Sequence record: SRR2962707_3408
Strand: one strand, 5' to 3'
DNA length: 38,340 bases
The translations under genes and the position numbers were made by a program. Positions 17,474 through 27,252 of the stretch are shown here, one piece after another. The notes under the pieces are model-generated. The model had not been told where the DNA came from and made no database searches. It worked only from the letters and a program-made list of their open reading frames with translations. Numbering within the stretch: position 1 is the stretch's first letter; every line of letters begins with the position of its first letter.

Positions 17474-18721
17474 ATGGAAACGAACGATTACCCATTAACT
17501 GAAGTACCAAAAAATGACCGCAAAGGGTTGTTTTCTACCAGTATCGTGTTGCTTGGCTTTACTTTTTTTACCGCCACCATGTTTGCTGGGGGGAAAATAG
17601 GCAGTGCATTTAGTCTAGGTGAAATGCTGTTAGCGGTTACCATAGGTAACCTATTATTGGGCTTTTATGCCGCCGCCTTGGCTTATATTGCCTACAAAAG
17701 TGGCCTTAACGCGGTATTGATGGGGCGTTTTTGTTTTGGTGAGAAAGGCAGCAAACTGTCTGACTTTATTTTAGGCTTTACGCAAATCGGTTGGTATGCC
17801 TGGGGCACAGCGACGATTGCGATTGTGCTAGTGAAGACACTGGATCTGAGCCCCAGTCTCGAAACGCCCTTGATGATCTTCTTTGGTTTTGCTTTTTGCA
17901 TTACCGCGATGATTGGCTATAAGGGGATGGATTACCTCTCCCGTCTTGCTGTACCTGCCATGCTGCTGTTTATCTTGATCAGTTTCTATAAAGGGATGGC
18001 GGATCTCAGCGGCTTAGGGGATGTGTTCGGACAAGCGCCCACGACCAATATGAGCATGGCAACGGCCATTACCATTATTATTGGCACTTTTGTGAGTGGT
18101 GGAACACAGGCGACCAATTGGAGTCGCTTCGCTAAGTCTGGCAAGGTGGCCATTTGGGCGACATTGCTGGCCTTTGTATTAGGCAATGGCTTAATGGTCG
18201 TGACAGGGGCGCTGGGTAGCCTAATATACCAACAAGCTGACATTGTTGATGTGATGATCGCTCAAGGTTCCATCTCATTGGCGATTCTTATGCTATTTCT
18301 AAATCTGTGGACCACTCAAGACAACACCATTTATAACTTCGCCGTCGCGGGCTGTAACCTTGTTCGTACGGACAAACGACGCCTTGTGACTGTGCTGGGA
18401 GCGGCCATTGGCACTGTGTTGGCATTAGGTGGCATGTACAATTACTTGATTCCCTACTTGATCTTGTTAGGCACTTTTATTCCACCATTGGGTGGCGTCA
18501 TCATGGCCGATTTTTGGGTCAAATATCGCGGTAAATACCCCGCATTAGACAGTGCCGCATTGCCCAATTTTAATTACGCCGGCTTGATTGCCTATGGGAT
18601 CGCTTGCGCCTGTGCTTATTTCACGCCTGTGTTACCGCCCGTGATTGGTGTGCTTGTTGCGGCGCTTGTTTATGGGGCTCTATTAAGCAGTCAAATGAAA
18701 GTAAAAACCGCCACTATTTAA
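17474..18721 (+). CDS. codB: Cytosine permease (NCS1 family)
   Basis: LLGFTFFTATMFAGG, GFTQIGWYAWG, SGGTQATNWSRF, NLWTTQDNTIY and IPPLGGVIMADF; start moved to ATG 17474. Confidence 0.9.
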   Translation: METNDYPLTEVPKNDRKGLFSTSIVLLGFTFFTATMFAGGKIGSAFSLGEMLLAVTIGNLLLGFYAAALAYIAYKSGLNAVLMGRFCFGEKGSKLSDFILGFTQIGWYAWGTATIAIVLVKTLDLSPSLETPLMIFFGFAFCITAMIGYKGMDYLSRLAVPAMLLFILISFYKGMADLSGLGDVFGQAPTTNMSMATAITIIIGTFVSGGTQATNWSRFAKSGKVAIWATLLAFVLGNGLMVVTGALGSLIYQQADIVDVMIAQGSISLAILMLFLNLWTTQDNTIYNFAVAGCNLVRTDKRRLVTVLGAAIGTVLALGGMYNYLIPYLILLGTFIPPLGGVIMADFWVKYRGKYPALDSAALPNFNYAGLIAYGIACACAYFTPVLPPVIGVLVAALVYGALLSSQMKVKTATI

Positions 18722-18787
18722 ACGGGGTGACGATGCCAAGATGTGGTCGATAGGCCGCACTACGATTGTCTGATGCCATGGCTTAAA

Positions 18788-18818
18788 CAGCGGCTTAGTT
18801 AAGAAGGCTAAGCCGCTG
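18788..18818. terminator. Terminator hairpin between convergent genes
   Basis: CAGCGGCTTAG...CTAAGCCGCTG perfect 11-bp stem. Confidence 0.75.
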
Positions 18819-18823
18819 CGTTA

Positions 18824-19264
18824 TTATTCTGTTTCTTTAGGAGCATGTTTGAGAAACACACCTAAGGAAATCAGTAAGAAGCCGGCACAGCTGACAATGG
18901 CCACGGGATAATAAAGATTTCCTGCCATGTCCATTTGGCTGTATTTAATGACCATGATGAGCCCTTCTAGTGCCAAGGCAACACAAACTGTACTGATAAA
19001 GCGCGGTAAGGTGCGTCGCATCATGACGATCACATCGTGTTCATCGTCATTGCCATATTCTTTGTTAATCACCATGGCCAGTTCAAACACCGCAATGGCA
19101 ATAATATTTGAGTTAATGATCTTGATTAGCGTCTGAGTAATGTCTTCGCCATTTAAGTAATTGCCGGTGGCTGAAACAAAGCTAGTAATGACCACTAACG
19201 CTGCCAGCGTGAAGAAAATATAGGAGAAGGTTTTCGCAAAAAGTTTTTGAACACTGACGTTCAT
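18824..19264 (-). CDS. Hypothetical membrane protein (about 4 TM)
   Basis: Four hydrophobic segments with IAIAVFELA and RRTLPRF...ALALEGL; probable start ATG 19264 (the ORF is open to 19396). Confidence 0.75.
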   Translation of the reverse strand: MNVSVQKLFAKTFSYIFFTLAALVVITSFVSATGNYLNGEDITQTLIKIINSNIIAIAVFELAMVINKEYGNDDEHDVIVMMRRTLPRFISTVCVALALEGLIMVIKYSQMDMAGNLYYPVAIVSCAGFLLISLGVFLKHAPKETE

Positions 19265-19708
19265 AAAGTAAATCCGGTTGTTATCGTTGGTCTTTACAAT
19301 ACGGACTTCTTTTAAAATAAACAGTTTCCAGCTGGGTATACCGCAAAGGTTCCATAGTCGCCAGAATGGCTGGGCATTCTTTACAAAACACGCCATCTGT
19401 TAATGGTCAGTCAAAGAAAACACGACATAATACCAAGAGAATAGCGTCATTTTCTCTTCATTATAGAAGGACGCTTCTTTTACAGTGACAGCAGGCCTTA
19501 GGAGTGGAAAAAGCCTTAGTAAATTATTTTATCCCCAATTGGATCAGTGTTTCACAAGAGCAGAAGATTACCCATACGCATCAGATGTTTGGCTTGCTTA
19601 CCGCGCTTAAATAGACCAACGCACGGTTTTATCGTTGATTATTGAAAGAGGGCTTGAGCTTTGTTGGAGTAGGTTGGGTGTGAACGGTTCTAATGTTTGG
19701 AGGAGTAA

Positions 19709-19735
19709 AATCAATAATTTATTAACCTACTGATT
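19709..19735. promoter_or_regulatory. Two oppositely oriented IHF consensus sites
   Basis: AATCAATAATTTA (+, 19709-19721) is an exact WATCAANNNNTTR match; AATCAGTAGGTTA (-, 19723-19735) matches WATCARNNNNTTR. Confidence 0.65.
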
Positions 19736-19962
19736 TAAAAGAGAAAAATAAATCAACAGGTGTTTTTTTTGGCGATAAGGATTGACTTTTTTAAGACGAA
19801 AGCTTTTTTGAGGAAAGTTTTTCATCGGTTTTTATGCCACAGATCTTGACACGAATCGGAATTTTTAACTATTCCTGACCAAATAGAAAAAATCGTTTAA
19901 AAATCAATCCGAGAGCCCTGTGTCAATACCAGAAAGCGGCAATCTTCAAGTTTTTTTAAAAA

Positions 19963-19999
19963 CCTTTCACAAAGTTATCCACAAGAACGTCGTGTTCAA
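19963..19999 (+). promoter_or_regulatory. DnaA-box cluster
   Basis: CCTTTCACA-aag-TTATCCACA (perfect box at 19975-19983) followed by a very degenerate reverse box CGTGTTCAA. Confidence 0.65.
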
Positions 20000-20147
20000 A
20001 TAATGAGCGAAAACCGGTGAGATAGACGCAGATTGGCCATTTTTAGAATCTGTATGCTGTGTTTTTTGGCATTGTGTGCCTCGAAATCTGCTGACGAGGC
20101 GTTATGATCAAAGGCAGTGAAATACTAACCAATAGGGAGACGTCATA

Positions 20148-21017
20148 ATGAAGGTTACTTTTATCGGCTTGGGCACAATGGGCTATCCAATGGCGGGTCA
20201 TGTGAGCAAGGCAGGTCATGATGTTACCGTTTATAATCGCACTACGGCCAAGGCTCAGGCTTGGAGTGAAGAGTATTCTGGTGCGTTTGCACTAACGCCA
20301 GCACTGGCCGCCCAAGACGCGGAGATAGTACTGACGTGTGTCGGTAACGACGCGGATCTGCGTGCCGTCTACTTAGGCGAGGAAGGCGCTTTTCATATGG
20401 CGAAAGCGGGCACTCTCTTTATTGATCACACAACAGCCTCAGCGGAAGTCGCTAAAGAGCTAAGTGCCGTAGCAAAGGATAAGGGCTTCCTGTTTATGGA
20501 TGGCCCTGTGTCTGGCGGCCAAGCCGGTGCGGTTAATGGTGTCTTGACTGTGATGATGGGCGGAGAAGCTGCGCCGTTAGCGATGGCTCAACCCGTGTTA
20601 GATTGTTATGCGAAATCCACCACGTTATTAGGCCCTGTTGGTCATGGTCAATTAGCAAAAATGGTCAATCAAATCCTGATTGGTGGAGTATTGTCTGGCT
20701 TGTCTGAAGGGGTGCGCTTTGCACAAAAAGCGGGGCTAGATATGGCCACTTTAGTCGACACTTTAAAACATGGAGCCGCAGGCTCATGGCAATTAGAAAA
20801 CCGTGGCGAGACCATGGCGAAAGACGAATTTGATTTTGGTTTCGCCATCGAATGGATGCATAAAGACTTAACTCTTTGCCTGGCTCAAGCGGATAAAATG
20901 GGGCTGTCTATTCCTTTAACGAAAGCCGTAGATGAAGATTATCAAGCCCTAATGGCAGAAGGTCGTAGCCGCCAAGATACTTCAGTGCTTATTAAAGCAT
21001 TAGACAATAAAGCATGA
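20148..21017 (+). CDS. NAD(P)-dependent beta-hydroxyacid dehydrogenase (3-hydroxyisobutyrate / tartronate semialdehyde reductase family)
   Basis: FIGLGTMGYPMA, DGPVSGG, catalytic KMVNQ and KDL motifs. Confidence 0.92.
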   Translation: MKVTFIGLGTMGYPMAGHVSKAGHDVTVYNRTTAKAQAWSEEYSGAFALTPALAAQDAEIVLTCVGNDADLRAVYLGEEGAFHMAKAGTLFIDHTTASAEVAKELSAVAKDKGFLFMDGPVSGGQAGAVNGVLTVMMGGEAAPLAMAQPVLDCYAKSTTLLGPVGHGQLAKMVNQILIGGVLSGLSEGVRFAQKAGLDMATLVDTLKHGAAGSWQLENRGETMAKDEFDFGFAIEWMHKDLTLCLAQADKMGLSIPLTKAVDEDYQALMAEGRSRQDTSVLIKALDNKA

Positions 21018-21063
21018 GACAAACAGGCCTAATCTTTTACGGCTTGTGATTAACAACGATAGT

Positions 21064-21106
21064 AATAAGGCCAGTATCATTGAATGATGCTGGCCTTATT
21101 TGTTTT
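21064..21106. terminator. Intrinsic terminator
   Basis: AATAAGGCCAGTATCATT-g-AATGATGCTGGCCTTATT followed by TGTTTT. Confidence 0.85.
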
Positions 21107-21450
21107 TGTATCCGGCGTTTTGTGCGTCACATTTTCATGGAAACCTTGGCGATCTATAAGGGATTTATCTGTTCGCTATTACTCTTTTGTCACGCTTTCT
21201 AACTTAATATTCATTGAGTTAGGTTTTTATTTTTGAAAAAAACACGTCATTTCTCTTTTTCCTAAATAGCCTTATAACGCTGCAACCCCTTTGTTTTCGG
21301 GTGCTATATGTGTGCATAAAAATTACTTATTCATTACACGTATGAGGCATATCGTTATTTCGATTGGTCATTTGGGAAAGCTTAAGTAGTCTTCAATGAT
21401 GCGGTTTTGAGCGGGGTTACATTGTAGCGCGCGATAAACAGCTAAAGGGG

Positions 21451-21500
21451 GCTCAAGGATGAGGCAGGACACCTCGCTTAGATGGATATCTAAGCGAGGT
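21451..21500 (+). promoter_or_regulatory. GGA-loop hairpins (candidate CsrA/RsmA sites) in the dppA upstream region
   Basis: CTCA-AGGA-TGAG, then CAGGA, then ACCTCGCTTAGAT-GGAT-ATCTAAGCGAGGT. Confidence 0.55.
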
Positions 21501-21611
21501 CGTTTCTCTATCTATGCCATTACAACCTTGCCTCTCAGATATCACAAAGTAACGATTACCTTGATTCAACTTCCCACGTGTTTAACACGATCATAATTAC
21601 GCTAATGGAGA

Positions 21612-23216
21612 ATGAAAATGAAAAAAGGGTTAGCAGCATTACCGTTTGCCGTCATGGCCGCGGCCGCTATTTCCACGTCAGCTCATGCAGCATCAACATT
21701 GGTATACTGTTCAGAAGGTAGCCCAGAAGGCTTTAACCCTTCTTTGTACTATTCTGGTACCACTTTCGATGCGTCTTCTAAACCAATTTTTAACCGCTTA
21801 ATGGAGTTTAAACTGGGCACGACTCAAGTAGAGCCGAGCTTAGCCAAAAGCGTTGATGTCTCTGACGATGGCTTAGAATATACCTTCCATTTACGTAAGG
21901 GTGTGAAGTTCCAAAGCTCAAAAGATTTCAAACCAACACGCGACTTTGATGCAGACGATGTTATCTTCTCATTCAACCGTCAGCGTCTTGATAGTAACCC
22001 GTACCATAAAGTGGGCGGCGGTTCTTACGGTTACTTTGATGACATGGGCATGAATACCCTGATCAAAGACATAGTAAAAGTCGATGACTACACAGTTAAA
22101 TTTGTATTGAACCACCCAGAAGCGCCGTTTATTGCCAACTTGGCGATGGACTTTGCGTCTATCTTTTCAAAAGAACAAGCGGATCAATACTTAAAAGCGG
22201 GCACGCCTGAAAAACTGGATCAAACCCCAGTTGGTACCGGACCATTCCAAAAAGTGCAGTACCAAAAAGACTCTTTGATTCGCTACGTTGCGTTTAAAGA
22301 TTACTGGAAAGGCAAAGCAAAAATTGACCGCTTGGTATTCTCTATCACACCAGATGCTTCTGTTCGTTACGCTAAATTAAAAGCCGGCGAATGTGATGTG
22401 ATGCCATACCCAAATCCTGCTGATATCAAGCAGATGGAAGCGGATCCAAATATTAACTTGATGAGCCAAGAAGGTTTGAACGTTGGTTATCTAGCATTCA
22501 ACGTGACGAAAAAACCGTTTGGCGATGTGAAAGTGCGTCAGGCATTGAACTATGCGACGGATAAACAAGCGATCATTGATTCGGTTTTCCAAGGGGCTGG
22601 TAAAGTCGCTAAGAACCCAATTCCACCGACTATGTGGTCTTACAACACGTCTATCAAAGATTACCCATATGACCCAGCTAAAGCGAAAAAACTGTTAGCA
22701 GAAGCAGGCTATGCTGATGGTTTCGAAACCACTATTTGGGCAATGCCAGTTCAGCGTCCTTACAACCCGAATGCACGCCGTATGGCGGAAATTATGCAAG
22801 AGGATTGGGCCAAAGTGGGTGTTAAAGCGAACATAGTGACGTACGAATGGGGTGAATACCTTAAGCGTGCAAAAGCGGGTGAGCCAGACACAATTCTAAT
22901 TGGTTGGACGGGTGACAATGGTGACCCAGATAACTTCCTGTACGTACTAACAAGCTGTGATTCTGTGGGTGGTTCAAACTACTCAGAATGGTGTAACAAA
23001 GCCTATGATGACCTGCTGGTTAAAGCGAAACGTACTTCTGATATGGACAAACGTAACGACTACTACAAGCAAGCACAGGTTATTTTCCATGATCAAGCAC
23101 CTTGGATTCCTGTTGCCAACTCTGTGGTATACGAACCAATCCGCAAAGAAGTGAAAGGCTACAAAATTGATCCACTTGGTGGTCACTACTTCTACAGCGT
23201 AAGCAAAGAGAAGTAA
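21612..23216 (+). CDS. dppA: Dipeptide ABC transporter periplasmic binding protein
   Basis: Signal peptide; TLVYCSEGSPEGFNP, PVGTGPF, WAMPVQRPYNPN and GWTGDNGDPDNF. Confidence 0.97.
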   Translation: MKMKKGLAALPFAVMAAAAISTSAHAASTLVYCSEGSPEGFNPSLYYSGTTFDASSKPIFNRLMEFKLGTTQVEPSLAKSVDVSDDGLEYTFHLRKGVKFQSSKDFKPTRDFDADDVIFSFNRQRLDSNPYHKVGGGSYGYFDDMGMNTLIKDIVKVDDYTVKFVLNHPEAPFIANLAMDFASIFSKEQADQYLKAGTPEKLDQTPVGTGPFQKVQYQKDSLIRYVAFKDYWKGKAKIDRLVFSITPDASVRYAKLKAGECDVMPYPNPADIKQMEADPNINLMSQEGLNVGYLAFNVTKKPFGDVKVRQALNYATDKQAIIDSVFQGAGKVAKNPIPPTMWSYNTSIKDYPYDPAKAKKLLAEAGYADGFETTIWAMPVQRPYNPNARRMAEIMQEDWAKVGVKANIVTYEWGEYLKRAKAGEPDTILIGWTGDNGDPDNFLYVLTSCDSVGGSNYSEWCNKAYDDLLVKAKRTSDMDKRNDYYKQAQVIFHDQAPWIPVANSVVYEPIRKEVKGYKIDPLGGHYFYSVSKEK

Positions 23217-23238
23217 GTCCAATTCGGACGCCGTAATA

Positions 23239-23272
23239 GGGTGTTTGTTTGCTGGGACGCAAGCAAACACCC
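23239..23272 (+). other. Intercistronic stem-loop between dppA and dppB
   Basis: GGGTGTTTGTTTGC-tgggac-GCAAGCAAACACCC with no U tract; typical 3' stabiliser of the SBP mRNA. Confidence 0.7.
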
Positions 23273-23326
23273 CGCTGACCGGGCTACAAACCCGATCTAG
23301 TCAAATCGCAAGAGAGCCAGTCCTTT

Positions 23327-24337
23327 ATGTTCCAATTTATTTTCCGACGTTTGAGTCTTGTCATTCCGACCTTTATCGGTATTACCTTACTGACCTTCAC
23401 CTTGATCCACATGATTCCTGGTGACCCGATTGAAGTGATGGCAGGGGAGCGTGGTGTATCGCCAGAACGTCATGCTGAGTTGAGTGCCCAATTGGGGTTA
23501 GATAAACCCCTATATGAGCAATATTTCCACTATGTTGCAGGCATAGTACAAGGTGACTTAGGCGAGTCTTTAGTTACCCACGAACCTGTCATGAATGAGT
23601 TTATGACGCTGTTTCCAGCCACCGTAGAGCTTGCTGTTTGCGCGGCTATTTTTGCTATTTTAATTGGCTTACCCGCCGGTATTTTTGCTGCGGTGAAGCG
23701 CGGTACCATTTTCGACCATTCGGTGATGACCTTTTCATTAACGGGTTATTCGATGCCTATTTTTTGGTGGGCATTGCTGCTGATGTTGGTGTTTTCCGTG
23801 ACCCTAGGCTGGACCCCAGTATCCGGGCGGATTGATGTTGTCTATTGGATCGACAATACCACGGGATTTATGTTGATCGACTCTTGGTTATCAGGCGAAG
23901 AGGGCGCTTTCAAGTCTGCCGTGTCTCACCTTATTTTGCCCAGCATTGTCTTGGGCACCATTCCGATGGCCGTTATCGCCCGTATGACGCGTTCTTCTAT
24001 GCTTGAAGTCTTAAGTGAAGACTACATTCGCACCGCTCGTGCCAAAGGCATTGCTCCGTGGCGAGTGATTGTTATTCATGCGTTGCGCAACGCTCTGATT
24101 CCTGTGATTACCGTGATCGGTTTGCAGGTGGGAACTTTATTATCAGGGGCAATTTTGACCGAGACTGTGTTTGCTTGGCCAGGCATTGGCAAATGGCTTA
24201 TCGAGTCTATTAGCCGTCGAGATTACCCTGTTGTACAGGGCGGCATCTTGATTGTTGCGACCATTATTATTGTCGTCAACCTATTGGTCGACATCGCCTA
24301 CGGCGTTGTTAACCCACGCATTCGACACAACCGATAA
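23327..24337 (+). CDS. dppB: Dipeptide ABC transporter permease
   Basis: IPGDP, GYSMPIFWW, EAA-type motif DYIRTARAKG, RRDYPVVQG. Confidence 0.97.
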   Translation: MFQFIFRRLSLVIPTFIGITLLTFTLIHMIPGDPIEVMAGERGVSPERHAELSAQLGLDKPLYEQYFHYVAGIVQGDLGESLVTHEPVMNEFMTLFPATVELAVCAAIFAILIGLPAGIFAAVKRGTIFDHSVMTFSLTGYSMPIFWWALLLMLVFSVTLGWTPVSGRIDVVYWIDNTTGFMLIDSWLSGEEGAFKSAVSHLILPSIVLGTIPMAVIARMTRSSMLEVLSEDYIRTARAKGIAPWRVIVIHALRNALIPVITVIGLQVGTLLSGAILTETVFAWPGIGKWLIESISRRDYPVVQGGILIVATIIIVVNLLVDIAYGVVNPRIRHNR

Positions 24338-24348
24338 GGAGGCGCTTT

Positions 24349-25239
24349 ATGACGACTAATACCGTATCTGCACCAGCGCCAAGAACACCGATACAAGAAT
24401 TTTGGCATTATTTTAGCAGCAATAAAGGCGCGGTCGCAGGACTGGTTTTTATTGTATTGATTTGTTTTATGGCGGTTTTCGCCGATGTTGTGGCACCGCA
24501 TTCGCCCTCTGCTCAAGTGCGAGACGCCTTATTGCTTCCGCCTGCATGGTTAGATGGTGGCAGTTGGTCCTACTTGTTAGGCACCGATGACGTGGGTCGA
24601 GACATTTTTTCACGCCTTATTTATGGGGCCAGATTGTCTTTGTCTGTTGGCGCTTTTGCGGTAACGATTTCTTTGGTCATTGGCATATTGTTGGGCTTGG
24701 TAGCAGGCTACTTTAAAGGCGTTGTCGATATTTGCATCATGCGCCTTGTCGACATCATGTTGGCGATGCCGAGTTTGCTATTGGCGATTGCCATTGTCGC
24801 AATATTAGGGCCAAGCATCTTTAATGCAGCCCTGGCGATATCCTTGGTGTCTTTGCCAAATTACGTGCGCTTAACGCGTGCTGCGACCATGGCGGAAATG
24901 TCACGGGACTATGTCACCTCGTCTCGTGTTTTGGGTGCCAGTCCATTGCGTTTGATGTTTGTGTGTATTTTACCGAACTGCTTAGCACCTTTGATCGTGC
25001 AAGCGACACTGGGCTTTTCTAGCGCCATCTTGGACATGGCGGCACTGGGCTTTCTCGGGCTAGGTGCTCAGCCACCGACGCCTGAATGGGGTTCTATGTT
25101 GGCCGACGCCTTACAGTTTGTACAACGCGCGTGGTGGGTTGTGACCTTCCCCGGATTGATGATCTTGATTACAGTGTTGGCATTTAACCTCATGGGCGAT
25201 GGCTTACGCGATGCTCTTGATCCCAAGTTGAAACAGTAG
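24349..25239 (+). CDS. dppC: Dipeptide ABC transporter permease
   Basis: LGTDDVGRD, LGLGAQPPTPEWG, GDGLRDALDPK. Confidence 0.97.
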   Translation: MTTNTVSAPAPRTPIQEFWHYFSSNKGAVAGLVFIVLICFMAVFADVVAPHSPSAQVRDALLLPPAWLDGGSWSYLLGTDDVGRDIFSRLIYGARLSLSVGAFAVTISLVIGILLGLVAGYFKGVVDICIMRLVDIMLAMPSLLLAIAIVAILGPSIFNAALAISLVSLPNYVRLTRAATMAEMSRDYVTSSRVLGASPLRLMFVCILPNCLAPLIVQATLGFSSAILDMAALGFLGLGAQPPTPEWGSMLADALQFVQRAWWVVTFPGLMILITVLAFNLMGDGLRDALDPKLKQ

Positions 25240-25248
25240 GAGGTTGTG

Positions 25249-26217
25249 ATGTCACTGCTACAGCTGGACAATTTAAGCGTTACCTTCGGTAATTTTCGTG
25301 CCGTGGATAACATCAGTTATAAGGTCGAGGAAGGGGAAGTCCTTGGCATCGTTGGAGAATCTGGCTCAGGAAAGAGCGTGAGTTCCTTGTCTATAATGGG
25401 CTTGATTGATTTTCCCGGTAAAGTGAGCGCCGATCAATTAACCTTTGATGGGCAAGACCTACAAGCCATGCCAGAAAAGCAACGTCGTAAACTGACGGGC
25501 TCGGATATTGCGATGATTTTCCAAGATCCTATGACCAGTTTGAACCCTTGTTTCTCAGTGGGTTATCAGATCATGGAGGCGCTTAAAACCCACCAAGGTG
25601 GGCGCAAGAAAGTTTTAAAACAACGCGCGATTGAATTGTTAACCCAAGTGGGTATTCCCGCGCCTGAATCACGTTTGGATAATTATCCGCATCAGCTGTC
25701 TGGTGGTATGAGCCAGCGTGTGATGATTGCCATGGCGATTGCGTGTAATCCTAGGTTATTGATAGCCGATGAGCCTACCACAGCTCTGGATGTCACCATT
25801 CAAGCGCAAATCATTGATCTGTTGATCGAATTACAGCGCAAGAAAAAAATGGGATTGGTGTTGATTACCCATGATTTGGCGTTGGTGGCAGAAGTCGCCC
25901 ATCGAGTGATCGTGATGTACGCCGGTCAAATTGTCGAATCTGGTCCCGCGGCGGAAGTGTTTCGTTCTCCAAAGCACCCTTACACGCAAGCCTTGTTGGC
26001 TTCGCTGCCAGAGTCGTCCTCCGGTAAAGCCCGTCTTGAGGCTTTACCCGGTGTTGTGCCTGGGCAATACGATCGTCCGCAAGGCTGTTTGTTAAGCCCA
26101 CGTTGTCCTTATGCTCAGGAACAATGTCATAAGGTAGAACCTGAAAATCAAGGTCCATTAGACCGCCAAGTGAAATGCCATACTCCGTTAGACATTGAAG
26201 GGAGACCGGCCGCATGA
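25249..26217 (+). CDS. dppD: Dipeptide ABC transporter ATP-binding subunit
   Basis: [19 protein letters not shown] and a C-terminal 4-Cys motif; ATG 25249 follows GGAGG. Confidence 0.97.
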   Translation: MSLLQLDNLSVTFGNFRAVDNISYKVEEGEVLGIVGESGSGKSVSSLSIMGLIDFPGKVSADQLTFDGQDLQAMPEKQRRKLTGSDIAMIFQDPMTSLNPCFSVGYQIMEALKTHQGGRKKVLKQRAIELLTQVGIPAPESRLDNYPHQLSGGMSQRVMIAMAIACNPRLLIADEPTTALDVTIQAQIIDLLIELQRKKKMGLVLITHDLALVAEVAHRVIVMYAGQIVESGPAAEVFRSPKHPYTQALLASLPESSSGKARLEALPGVVPGQYDRPQGCLLSPRCPYAQEQCHKVEPENQGPLDRQVKCHTPLDIEGRPAA

Positions 26218-27230
26218 GTACATCACAGAACAATGCACTGATCCTGAATGCAGAAAACCTAAAGCAGCATTACCATGTTAAGCAGGGGATGTTTAAGCCG
26301 GATGCCGTCGTAAAAGCGGTGGATGGGGTTAGTTTTACTTTGGAAAAAGGCAAAACGTTGGCGGTGGTTGGCGAGTCTGGTTGTGGTAAATCGACCTTGG
26401 GTCGTATGTTGACCATGATCGAAACACCAACAGAAGGACAGCTGGCGCATCTTGGGCAGGACTTATTAACGCTTTCTAAAAACGAGCAAGCAAGCCTGCG
26501 TCAAAAGATCCAAATCATCTTCCAAAATCCTTATGGTTCGTTAAATCCACGTAAGAAAATTGGCTCGATTTTAGAAGAGCCTTTGGTTATCAATACCAAG
26601 CTTTCTAAAGGGCAGCGCAAAGAAAAAGCCTTGGCCATGATGGCAAAAGTGGGACTGAAAGAAGAACATTACGATCGCTATCCGCATATGTTTTCCGGTG
26701 GCCAGCGCCAGCGTATTGCCATTGCTCGTGGCCTGATGTTGGACCCTAATGTCATCGTCGCTGATGAGCCAGTGTCTGCGCTAGATGTGTCAGTTCAAGC
26801 CCAAGTGCTTAATCTAATGATGGATTTACAGCAAGAGTTTGGCTTGAGCTATGTGTTTATCTCCCACGATTTGTCGGTGGTGGAGCACATTGCTGATGAC
26901 GTGATGGTGATGTATTTGGGGAAGGTGGTTGAGCAAGGCTCTCGAGAGCAATTGTTTGAAAATCCGCAGCACCCTTATACCTTGGCCTTACTGTCTAGTA
27001 CGCCTCAACTGTCGCCGGATAAACGTCGTCAGCGTATTAAGTTAGAAGGGGAGTTGCCTTCGCCATTAAACCCACCGTCTGGGTGCGCGTTTCATGGTCG
27101 TTGTTCTTATGCGAACGATCGTTGTCGCAGTGAAACGCCGTTATTGGGTAAAGCAGAAGAAGGGCATTTTATTGCATGTCATGCGGTGGAAGAAAATCGT
27201 ATGAAACCACTTGCCGTCGGTGTCGCGTAA
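26214..27230 (+). CDS. dppF: Dipeptide ABC transporter ATP-binding subunit
   Basis: [22 protein letters not shown] and a C-terminal Cys motif; ATGA overlap with dppD. Confidence 0.97.
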   Translation: MSTSQNNALILNAENLKQHYHVKQGMFKPDAVVKAVDGVSFTLEKGKTLAVVGESGCGKSTLGRMLTMIETPTEGQLAHLGQDLLTLSKNEQASLRQKIQIIFQNPYGSLNPRKKIGSILEEPLVINTKLSKGQRKEKALAMMAKVGLKEEHYDRYPHMFSGGQRQRIAIARGLMLDPNVIVADEPVSALDVSVQAQVLNLMMDLQQEFGLSYVFISHDLSVVEHIADDVMVMYLGKVVEQGSREQLFENPQHPYTLALLSSTPQLSPDKRRQRIKLEGELPSPLNPPSGCAFHGRCSYANDRCRSETPLLGKAEEGHFIACHAVEENRMKPLAVGVA

Positions 27231-27252
27231 GCGAGAGAGTTACTTTGCTAAC

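Noticed and set aside
19265-19396. 44-aa N-terminal extension of the membrane protein
   Set aside because: Looks like translated UTR; the hydrophobic domain begins after Met 19264.
19500-20010. Chromosomal origin (oriC)
   Set aside because: Only one perfect DnaA box, no dnaA/gidA/mioC/parAB neighbours, and no clear DUE repeats; a regulatory DnaA site fits better.
21300-21430. GacA/UvrY box that would mark a bona fide Rsm/Csr sRNA gene
   Set aside because: No convincing TGTAAG-N6-CTTACA match, so the sRNA reading of the GGA hairpins stays secondary.
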